A stretch of 64,000 bases of DNA, taken from the NCBI GenBank assembly GCA_013239625.1, contig MU054212.1:1302001-1366000 (forward strand), in the 5' to 3' direction. Made by a program: the position numbers and the translations under genes. Source of the stretch: Lama guanicoe (Eukaryota). This document shows, piece by piece, positions 25,707-36,460 of this stretch. Every line of letters starts with the position of its first letter. Position 1 is the stretch's first letter. Under the pieces are notes generated by a model. The model was not told where the DNA came from. It did not search any database and saw only the letters and a list, made by a program, of their open reading frames with translations.

Positions 25707-25770
25707 ATAACAATCTCTATGTTTTATACATTCATAGATAACAATCTCTATATGTTTTATATATTCATGG
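25707..25770. repeat. Two-copy ~32-bp tandem duplication
   Basis: ataacaatctctatgttttatacattcatag / ataacaatctctatatgttttatatattcatgg. Confidence 0.85.
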
Positions 25771-26319
25771 AGAAAGTAGAAAATACACTAGGATGGTAAC
25801 AGTGGTTACTCCTTGCAGTGAAATTATGGTTTTAAATGTTTTTTGATAGCTGTATTTTCTAAATTCCCTATAACATAAAGGCATTTCTCTAATGTTATTG
25901 TAGATGAAAAATCTTCTTGTCATATTAAATGGACATTTTATCACAGGTGATTTTACATACATATTTTTAGCCAGACAAGTGCATTATACAAAGAGTGACA
26001 GTCTACTTTTGCTGGCATAACACAAAAAACTTTCACTTAATATCCTTTCCCTGCTTTTTAAGAATGAATCAAAGAACGTTTGAGGCAACTTTCTCCAGAA
26101 CATACTAGCAGTTGTTTAATATTACCTTGGGTTCTCATCACATTAGGTTTACAGAAAAAAATTGTGTGGTTTTTTTTTCTCAGTTTTTCCATTTTTATGT
26201 AGTAAATATGGAAAGGAGTATAAAATAAATCTATTATCTACTCTATCAGTCCATTGTAATTATCATATTAACCACAACAGTTGCTTGTAAGTGCTGGGAT
26301 CGGGATTTACGATTTATTA

Positions 26320-27450
26320 CAAGGTTTGCTGAGCACCTACCAAGGATGAGGACTGCTCCAGGCACTGGAGGTCCACTGACAGACAGTACAGTCCCCGCCC
26401 TCCAGACACAGGGCAAACATGCAAACGATCACACCAACATGTGCCAAGTATAGTAATCCAGAAGGGAAGTGGCTGTGTAGAGGAGAAAGGGGGTGATTAG
26501 CTCTTTACCTGCATCAGTTATGGAAGGAATCCCAGAGACAGTGAGATGTAAGCTGGGACATGAATGAGGAGACCACCAAGACCAGCAGGATGAAGGTTTC
26601 CAATCCGGATGAACAACTGTTAGACCAGAAACAATCTCCGGTGACGATCCGGTTCCATCTTCATAGTGGTGAGTTGGCGATTCCTGTGGGAAATGGAGGG
26701 AGATATGCCCAGTAAGCGATTAGCTAACATGAGCCAGAGCAAAGGAAAGCAGCTCTAGGCTTGAATTAAAATGGTGGGAGTTATCAGTCCATCGGTGGTC
26801 AATAAAATCACAGGGGTAAAGAAGACCCCTCACTGGGAGAAGACCAGCACTGAAGGGGAAGGAGGCCAGTGACTATGATTCAGCATGAAAGATCTAGGTG
26901 CGGATACGGGGACAGGAGAGGGTGGCAGCCCTGAAACCAAGAGAGGCGAATGTTTCAAGGGGGTTGGATAGGTGTGAAATGTCAAAGGAAGGGCAGGGAC
27001 GAGGCCTGAAAATGCCGACTCGTTTGGCAAGTAGGAGGCCACTGGTGACCTCAAGACGATGCTCAATAGAAATGACAGAGGCAAAAAAATAGATATGGGT
27101 AAGTTGAAGGGGTTCATGGTGGGGAATGCAGCAGATCCCTTTAAAGTAACTTTGTTTCCAAGGGCCGTCATGGCTTCAGTTTTAGGATATGAGATACAGG
27201 GGCATGTTCATAGGCTGTGGGGCAAAAACCAGGAAAGGAAAAGCTAGAAATACAGGAGAAAGGAGGAATGAGGGATGAAAAGGATCCTAGAAGAGTCTGA
27301 CATAGGTCGATGGAAAGCCCAAGGGAAGGATTAGCCTTAGAGAGAGGAAGCACCACACTAAGACCAGGGACAGGCCAGATGGGGGTTGATGGGCTGGCAG
27401 GGGGCTGGGGAGAACTCCTGTCTGATGCCAATGTCCTAAGAGAAATAGAT
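26320..27450 (-). mobile_element. L2 LINE relic
   Basis: Reversed L2 3' end (tttgctgagcacctac...ccaggcactgg) followed by purine-rich L2-like body. Confidence 0.6.
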
Positions 27451-29894
27451 GTGTAGGTACCCTAACAGGAGAGGACCCTTACTATGAGATGGGGGGGGCG
27501 GGTAACAGAGGTAAATAGAATTCAATTTGTTTTAAAATTAAGAAAGGAACAAGGCCAATTAAATTGAGACAGAAAAATAAAACTTGTTGCTCTATGCCTA
27601 AATCTCTTATGTATTCATTTCAACACAGGCGTCTGCTTGATTAAAAAATATACTTAAAGCAATTCATTCTCTCCTTTCCAAAGCAATTTAACACCATAGC
27701 CATCAAAACTAGCTAGTCTATCCACAGGCTTAGCAGACTTTAAAAGGTTTGCAGACTATAACACTTGGGACTTACTCAAATAAGCAAGACCCTGAGGATA
27801 AATTCAAAAATGCAAACAGGCATTTTCAACACTTTTCCTTTATAAACTTCTACTTTAGAAAGGCATGTTGGGGTGAGGAGAGGACTGACACCTTTCCTTA
27901 CCTCCGTTTGGAAACAAATTTATAAAACCATGTATATGTTTAAAACTTATTTCCCTAAACCAATTATTTTGTAACTGTTGAGAGCAGAAAAGTAAAAACA
28001 CAATTTTACAGCAAATTTCCTAGTGGCTCTAACAACCAGTCAAAATAGCACAACTCCAAAAATACCTGTAATTTAAACTTCTTAAAAAGATAGTGGTACT
28101 AATCAGACCAGCAAAATAAAGTGATCTATATGTTCTTTTAGCTATGCGACAAAGAAACTAAGAAATGTTCCAAACCAAGGCATAAAAACATTCATTATGT
28201 ATTTTTTCTACATACGAGAACGATTATAACTCAAAGCCCACCGCTGTCTGCAGACGTGAATATTCAGAACTTGACACGTCAATAATACCTAAAACCTTAT
28301 TCCTCAGGTGGGCACTTAGGAAGCCAGCACGGGCTAGGAAGGGGTCCAATGTGACTGCCACAGAAGCTGCAGGTCCCCCATCACCACTGCAGCCAGTATC
28401 TCCTTCCCTAGCTCTACTATCACACCAGGAGATTAATCAGTACACACTTAATTGAAGATCAACCGCATTCCAGGCATTGTTTTAAACTCTGATGCATAAA
28501 TCTCTGATGAATAAAACCAGGCCTTACATTAAGAGAATTCATGTTATAGGGGAGTCAAGTGTACAAATTACTATCCACATTTCTCAAGAGGTCTGACTTG
28601 CCATCTCCAACCTCAACTAGATCCCCCTTCATAAACCTTCATGGTCCCTTATTTTTGCCACAAATGTCAGTCTGCAGGTGCTCATGAGGTCATTTGACTC
28701 TCCCTACGCTACACTGTAAACTCGAGTGGAAAAAGGATCCCATGTCTATTACATTCCCCACTATATCCCTACTGACCAGCAAGGTGCCTAGAACACAGCA
28801 GGCAAATATTAATTAAATGGACAGATGAATGTGGACTTAGTTCTTTGAGAACAAAACATTCAAGTCTCCCTATAGCAAGACCTAAAAGCAATGCATTCAT
28901 TATGACTATTTAGCGACCAAGAAAATGAAGTTTTCTTACATGTCATAGGAAATTAAAATCATACGAAAAGAGAGATGTTTTAAAAATATACACTCCAAGA
29001 TTATACAAGATTATCCCTACTTCTTTGACATATCTCTAAATCTTAAATTTATGTGATCAACTGTTAACTTTAGAAAAAACACAAAAGTTAAAGAATCCAA
29101 ATTCAAATGTTGAACAGATTTTACAGAAACATTCTTTAGAATCATGAGTGCTTATTTCAGAAAAGCATGTTCTCTTGGATACTTAAGCCAAAGAAAGACA
29201 AATAACCCCTTAATGCATCTTATGAGAGTGGACTGGAGCCACACCCTGTTTTTAAGATTAATGAGATTTTACAAACAAGAGCATGTTTTCAAAGAAATAA
29301 CTAATAGACAAAAACACTGAGCTTCAATAACTAGGAGACTAGTGACCATTTGGCGTTATGTTTCCTTTCCTTCAAAGCCCACTGGGGAAGCTAAGCTTCC
29401 AATTCTAAATTATTCAGTGGAAAGCAAATTTATATTTTGTTGTTGTTTAAACACTGTCAATTACCTGATTAAGCTAGTCCTCATCCTTGTTAGGCCATGC
29501 CACTGAATCCCCATTCACTATAGTGGGTAAATTCTGTGGCCCGAACAACTGTTGAAATCTTGGCAGAGATCCTAAAATTTGTAGCTTAGAGGGCAATCAT
29601 AACTTGTTAAATTTGGTCAGAGGTCTACTATTTGATCATTTGAACTGCTACTTTTCTTTACTATTCCAGCTTAATTTCTACAGAATCCAAGTAGAAAATT
29701 CCTAGAGAAACCAAAGATAGTAAAGTTCCACAATCAGAGCTAATTCACCTGAGTACCAGAAACTCAAAATATTAAATGACGTGTCCTTCAACAGTTCTTA
29801 AAGGTATTTGAAAAGTTAAAATCCAAAGAAATCCAGGCTAACTTTATCCAATCATAATCTAACAACATTTAACTGGACATTATAAACATCAGGG

Positions 29895-30147
29895 AAGTAT
29901 GGTGGTTCCTCAAAAACTTAAACACAGAATTACCATATGATGTAGCGATTCCACTTCTGAGCCTACATATCCCCAAAAATTGAAAGAAGGGACTCAAACA
30001 GATATTTGCACACCCATGTTCACAGGAGCATTCTTCACAACAGCCAAGAGGTGGAAGCAGCCCAAGTGTCCACTGGCAGATGAACAGATAAGCAACTTGT
30101 GTATGTGTGTGTGGGGGTGTGGGGGTGTGGGGGTATGTGTGTGTGTA

Positions 30148-30189
<42 letters not shown>

Positions 30190-30545
30190 AATATTATTCA
30201 GCCTTTAAAAGGAGTGAAATTCTGAAACGATGATGCTAAGTGAAATAAGCCAGACACAAAAGGACAAATATTATGACTCTTCTTATACGAGATACTTGGC
30301 ATTGACAAATTCATGCAGACAGAAAGTAAAATGGTGGTTACTGGAAGCTGGGAGAAGAGAAAATGGGAAGTTAGTGTTTAAAGGGTAGAGAGTTTCAGTT
30401 TGGGATGATGAGAAAGTTCTAGAGATGGAAAGTGGTGATGGCTGCACAACAATATGAATTATACTTAATGCCACTGAACAGTATACTCAAAAATGGTTAA
30501 AAAGGTAATTTTATGTTATATGTATCTTACCATAATTTTTAAAAA
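29895..30545 (+). mobile_element. L1MB-type 3' end containing a microsatellite
   Basis: ggttcctcaaaaacttaaacacagaattaccatatga; KRWKQPKCP; L1MB 3' UTR to 30545. Confidence 0.88.
30098..30185. repeat. Compound microsatellite (TG)n/(GGGGGTGT)3/(TA)n
   Basis: Read directly from the sequence. Confidence 0.95.
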
Positions 30546-32710
30546 TTAGCAAGCATCTGTAATATGGCTGTAACAATTGCCAAATAGCTTTTGTATGATT
30601 AACAAAGCCAAAGGAAGCCTAATTATTCAAAAAATCATTATGACTACATGTTGTGATCACTTTAAATTCTCAGATACTGATTTTACACTTGATATTACAT
30701 TATTAAAATAATTTGAGATACACTGTATACTAGGAATTTGCATACTGAGAAAAATTAAATATTTATAAATACTTTCATTTTACAAACTAAGTCTTTACAA
30801 CAAAAATCTGTAGTGTGCTTAGCACTGAATTCCAAAGTAGTCAGCTGCTTAATGATGTGTTTCTTTTAATACGGTATTCTTTTTAATATAGGGAAAATAT
30901 TAAAAATTAAAGTAACTATTTAAAAACATGGCAATAGAAGTAAAATGATTTTTGCTATCGGTGTTTCCTAGCAAGCAATCAGTAAGTTAGTTCTTTTATA
31001 TGATCATCTATTCCTAGGTATGTAGATATACCCATTCGTATACTGGCATATACAAATATGCATATATAAAACTATGACAGCTGTGATAACACAAACAATT
31101 AAATGCATTTTTGTTTTAGAAATTCAACGTTGGTAGACAGAGTCTTACTAATCTAACACTGATTTTAGAGATGAAGAAACTGAAGAGCACGAAGGTAAAG
31201 TTATTTGCCAAGTGTACGGCTTTACTAGCCATAACCAGAACCTAGAATTTCTAATCGGGGGTAGCATATTATTATATATTAATGCTATGTATTTCATAAA
31301 ACTCAAATCAGCCTCTAAAATGAACAGCCACTGATTCTAGTTATTGTTCACGTGTGAGCACCGAGGAAGCTCATTCTGAATCATAGCTTAACCCCCTCAT
31401 TTTAAGAAGCTTTATGCTAACGGAAATGAGATCCAAAACATGGCAATCTAAAGATGACAGCAAATTATAAAGTCTATTTTAGGAAGCACTTGCCTCTTTC
31501 TCTTCAAGATATGAAATTAAATTTAAAATCACTTAATTTTTTATTCAGTGAAACTTTCTTGATAAGACTCTGTGCCCTGATAAACAGCATCTTTTTTTTT
31601 TTGCAGAAGAAATGGGAAAGAACTGACTATAATTGTAGTATGTCAAACTACAGTGTGTAAGCCATTGAAATTAACATAAAATGTTTATACCAAATTATTC
31701 ACTTTATATTTGACCTATTTACATTACCTTCTCTTATTCACATTATGTACTCACACTACCTTGGATGTCACACAGATAAAAGAACAATCCTACTTGCTGG
31801 CTTTTTATTTATTATTTTACCTTTATTCAGTTGAAATGTTGATGTTTATGAAAGCTGGTGAAAATTAAATAAGCTTCCTAGCCTTATCTTTTACATTGTT
31901 TAAACCTTAAGTTGCAATACATTTTATATGCTTCAGCAACCAAGAACTAACCCTCAGATGCACCCCGACTTGAATATGAACTTCATAGATTCTAAAAGCT
32001 ACTGTTTCAAAACAGGCTTGACCCATAGAAGCAAAGAGCAGAGAAGTCCACAAATTAGATACAGTTTTGGATAATAAAAAATACTCACCAACAAGGAGGT
32101 TGACTGTTACCTTCTAAAGATAAAATTCCTTAAATTTTAGACAAATTGTATTTAAATGTTTCCATGTTTCCCACTCTGATTATTTCATATCTGAAATTAT
32201 CTTCCAAACTTAATGAAACTCATATGTACTAACACTGACCAGTTACCCACCATATGGCCAGAAGTTTCTCTTTAAAGGAAAACTTTAAACAACAAAGTAA
32301 AAACATGTGGTTACTTTCCAGTGTCACATGATAGGAAACTACAGTTAAAGACCGCTTTCACTGTATACTACAGTAATTTCCTACTTGCTGACTGATGAAT
32401 ACTAGCGAGTGACCTAGTATATCCTTTTACTTTAAGCATTAAAAGTATTTCTTATACTTGTCCACCTTATTAGTGGATGAGGTTAGGCAAGTGAGAAAAA
32501 AAAATTCAACATTTCTAGGGATCAAGAACATCCTACAAGATACTTATCTGACATTATGATCATCAATATATTCTGTAGAGAACACAAGACAGTATATTTT
32601 CTGACACCTCATTAATGAATTCTGGTGAGACTGATAATAAGCTAGTGCTTACACTAACACCTGTCCTCTTCCTAAGGAATGGAAAGAATTTACAAGTCAG
32701 TAACGTTCTA

Positions 32711-32840
32711 GGGGGAGGGTATAGCTCAAGTGGTAGAGTCCATGCTTAGTATGCACTAGGTCCTCGGTTCAATCCCCAGTACTCCCTCTAAAAATAAATA
32801 AATAAACCTAATTGCTTTCCCCCCAAATAAATAAGTAAAT
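32711..32840 (+). mobile_element. tRNA-derived SINE, camelid Vic-1-type
   Basis: ggggagggtatagctcaagtggtagag (A box), ggttcaatccc (B box), (taaa)n tail. TSD aagtcagtaacgttct (32694-32709) / aagtcaataaagttct (32841-32856). Confidence 0.88.
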
Positions 32841-34429
32841 AAGTCAATAAAGTTCTGATTACCACCAGACTTGGCTTGAGTAACTGACAAGGTTGAGCCA
32901 CTTCAAAGTTTCTCACAAGCCCTTGCTCTCTCCTCCACATGTTATTAGTTAAGCTGATTTCCACTTTCTACTGATTACTTTTCTCAGTGAACACAAAATA
33001 ATGCACAAAAGCTCAGCTCCTAGTAACAGCAATAGGTAAGAAATTGCGAGTTTCAAGTTTGAAATATGATGATTAAATATATGGATGTACCTGTAAATAA
33101 AGCCACAAGAAGAAAAACTTTAATTTGTTAAATAGACATTGAGTCATGTCATCGCTCAAAAGAAATTGGCTGCATTCTTCTACCTAGTTGTTTCAAAACA
33201 CACATCATTTCCCTTTGCTTTGGGGGAGGAGTGGGAGAGCAAGAAATCACACCTAGCTGCTCTGAGTTACAGGTGTAAGTGCTGCACGAACAATACCTGC
33301 AAGGCTGAGCAGCCCCCGAGACAAGGATCAGCCAGCTCCTGCAAATTTCTGCTGATGAGCAAGGCGATATTTAGCAAGCGTCATCTGATAAACAGACCCT
33401 GGCAAAACCCTACACTGAGACACAACTGTGACAGATAACTGCTGCAGGTTGAATACATTTAACTGCTATTTTGCATATCAGTTGCTCAATGCTGGCAGAG
33501 TTGCTCTCTGCCTGGGAGAAAAGAAAAAGATAAAATTTTAAAAGGAACGTTACTGACAGTCTTCTCCCCTCTCCCCACCTAACCCTCCCAGTTTGTAGAC
33601 CAAGCCCCTGGTTTAGAACTAGGGGATGAAAGAGGGTGGATTTTATAACTATTCCGTAATTAATACAGAGATCTTTGCAATTTCTACTGGGGGATTCAGA
33701 AATTATACCTACCAAACTGGCTGCAAAAAATTCTTTGCATCAGGGTCAGAACGCAAACATTGCTAAACCATCAAAAGAAATTAACAAAGTATTTTCCAAA
33801 CGTTGAGTAAAGAGGTGAGGATACTCCGAACTCTATACCAAAATACATCAACTACAATACTAAGGCTGAGCTTTTCAAGGAAAACACACCCCTGATTATA
33901 AAGCGGTTTTGATTATGTTATCAACTATTCACAAAACTTGCAACATTCAAGCAGCCTAGTGTGTTAACTTAATATCACAATGTCAACAGTTCAACTTCGC
34001 AATACAAGCTACATAAAGCAAAAACGTTCACAACTGAAAACTAATAATATTAAGTAAATCAGGATAACCCCTTTCAACGTCTGCTTATTACCAGGGCCAC
34101 CGGGTAAACGAATACTTATTTCTATTGTGCAGCTGCAATCTTTCAGTTTCCGAATCCCTCTGATAATCTTTCATGCTAGTCGAACTGACCACGCGGTACA
34201 CTGTGAGAATGGTCACATGAACAGCTCGTGACTTCCCCGGTGAATCAATCCTCCTTACGTTCTTAGGAAAAAGTTGGGATGCCCACAAACAAGTACCGAG
34301 AAAGCACGCAGCTGATGACTTGGTAGGGAATGCATGTGGCACCAGGACGAAGTCGTAGCACCCAAAATGGAAATGCAACAAATGCCAACATCTTGCTACT
34401 AGTAACAACTTTCTTGCAACGCTGGAGCC

Positions 34430-35000
34430 GCCAGCTACTTCGGGGAAGCGGAGCTCCGGCTCCGAGCCCGGCCATCACCCTGACAATCCTCGGAAACGCG
34501 CAAGCACCCCCAACCAGGCGCGGACAGACCTCCCCTAGCAGCCGGCAGCGGGGAGCCTGCTCACACGGGAACCGGCCTAGGAAGCCGACCTATGCGGTCA
34601 CCCGGGCTCCCAGAGCTCCCGGGGCGGGGGCCACGACCGCAGGCTCCCAGTCTGCCCGCCTCACGCCCAGGAAGCGGCCGTCACCTGGCTCGCACTCCCG
34701 GAAGACTCGCAGCCCCGCGGAACGTCCGCCTCCACGGTCCCGCCGCCGGGAGCCCGGCGGAGCGGGAGGAAGTCGCGCACCGCTCCGTGAGGTGGCACCG
34801 CCCCTCGGCGCGGCCGGCCCCAGCAGCGCGCGCGCGCGCCGGGCGTTGTTTGCTCCAGGCCCGTGCGGCACGTGACCGGCCGGCGCGGGGGCCTCGTGGC
34901 GCGCGCTCCGCCCCCGGCCCCGTACGCCCCGCCCCAGCACGCTCCAGTCCCGCCCGGACCACCGAGGACGGTTCCAGGCTTTGCCAATCGCTCCTCCCAC
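34430..35000 (-). promoter_or_regulatory. OSBPL1A: CpG-island promoter of OSBPL1A
   Basis: Very GC/CpG-dense island upstream of the first coding exon, with GC boxes (34927-34935), an E-box (34869-34874) and a (GC)7 run. Confidence 0.9.
34685..34860 (-). other. OSBPL1A: Probable non-coding exon 1 of OSBPL1A (5' end uncertain)
   Basis: ccag|gtgacg donor at 34685/34684 inside the island. Exon 2 has an acceptor just 2 nt before the ATG, so an upstream exon is required. No ATG in this segment. Confidence 0.6.
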
Positions 35001-36254
35001 CATGCCCCTACCCAGAGAAGGGTGGATCCTACTTCGAGGACACCTGGGAGCTGTGGCAGGCAGAGGAATCCCCCAGGCCGAAGCAAATATGGATACTGGG
35101 TTAATGCTCTAGAAATTTGTTATTAAACCAATACATCACCCAGCTGCCCAGATTATTTTCTGCTTTGGCTGCGACTTCACCCATGGGAACTTAATTGGCA
35201 GTGTAAATTAGCTGCACCCCTTTCTGTTTTCACAGGTCAAAGGATGGTCTTTAAATGCTATACAGGTGTAACCATATGAGATGGGTAGGAGTGAGGTATG
35301 CTTAAAGAGATAAGGTTTTACAAATTTTCCTTCACTTCCTGCTCCCCTCCAATATCTTTCATAAAGAGTCCACCTCTTCGGGCTCTGGCATGACAGGTCT
35401 AGCCAGAGGAGTTAATAGCCTATAATGTGAAGGTTCAAACTCTAGTATAATAACACCTTTAAAAATATATATGCATAACTAAAAAAGAAATTATGAACAT
35501 ATGAAAAAAATTCAACTTTCTTGTATTTTCCAGTTTTCCAATGAACATGTTCTTTTGTAATGAAAATTAATATAAGGTATCATTTTTAAGGAACTGTAGT
35601 TTTTCAATCGATTTAAGTCTAGAAATATGTACTGAGAACCTATTACAGGCTGGTTGGTCATTGCACTATGTGTGATACATCATGTGGCGGATCTCTTAGA
35701 ATGTCTTTGGAGAACATAAGCAGCTTTGCCTGTATATCCCAGGCTAGCATCATCTTTTATTAATTAAAAATAGGCACTTGAATAGAACAGGACTTCGACT
35801 GCAAAGTGCGTGTTAACTAAAGCAGACATATTTGCCTCACAAAAAAGAAACTTCAGGGCTTTTATTTTTAAGAACACTGAATTATCTTCACAGCCAACAT
35901 TGACTACCAAAATAATTTTCTGTATGATTCCACAAAACCCTTCCTTCTCACTATTATGATTTAACTGCCTAAATTCACTACTCTCAGTTTTTCAGTTCAC
36001 TTTACTATCTTCTTGAGTTTGTAACTGAAAACACATCCTAGCCCATAGGATGAAAGTAACAGGAGATAATCTTTATGATTACCATTAAAAGAAGTTCTAA
36101 TCTTGATAAGATCACTAACTGTACTGTAGTTTTACAAGAGTCTCTTTGATAATTACGTAAACAATCTTTAGAAAAAGATACCTCTTTGGAATTTTAATTT
36201 CTGACTAGTACAGATAAAACACAACAGTGTGTACAAGTCTTATTATAGAATGTG

Positions 36255-36460
36255 GTTATCTAGTGGAACTTTCTGCAATGATGGAAATGTTCTATAATTC
36301 TATCTTGTCCAATACAGTAGCCACCAGCCACATGTGCCTACTGAGCTCTTGAAATCTGACTCGTGTGATTAAAGATCTGAATTCTTAATTTAATTTAATT
36401 TTAATTTTAATTTTAATAAGCCACATGAGGCTAGCAGCTCCCACAATAGACAGTGATGAT
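36255..36460. mobile_element. MER3-like hAT-Charlie MITE
   Basis: gaactttctgcaatgatggaaatgttcta...gtccaatacagtagccaccagccacatgtg. Confidence 0.85.

Noticed and set aside
32711..32790. tRNA gene
   Set aside because: It has A/B boxes but continues into a (taaa)n tail and is flanked by a TSD. This is a tRNA-derived SINE, with a second copy at 50415-50537.
34088..34478. Alternative coding first exon of OSBPL1A
   Set aside because: Splicing the ccctg|gtaat donor (34092) to exon 2 creates TGA just before the ATG, so there is no N-terminal extension and no other support.
34330..35126. Several overlapping 87-181 aa ORFs on both strands
   Set aside because: Arg/Pro/Gly/Ala-rich products expected from stop-poor CpG-island sequence, with no recognisable domain.
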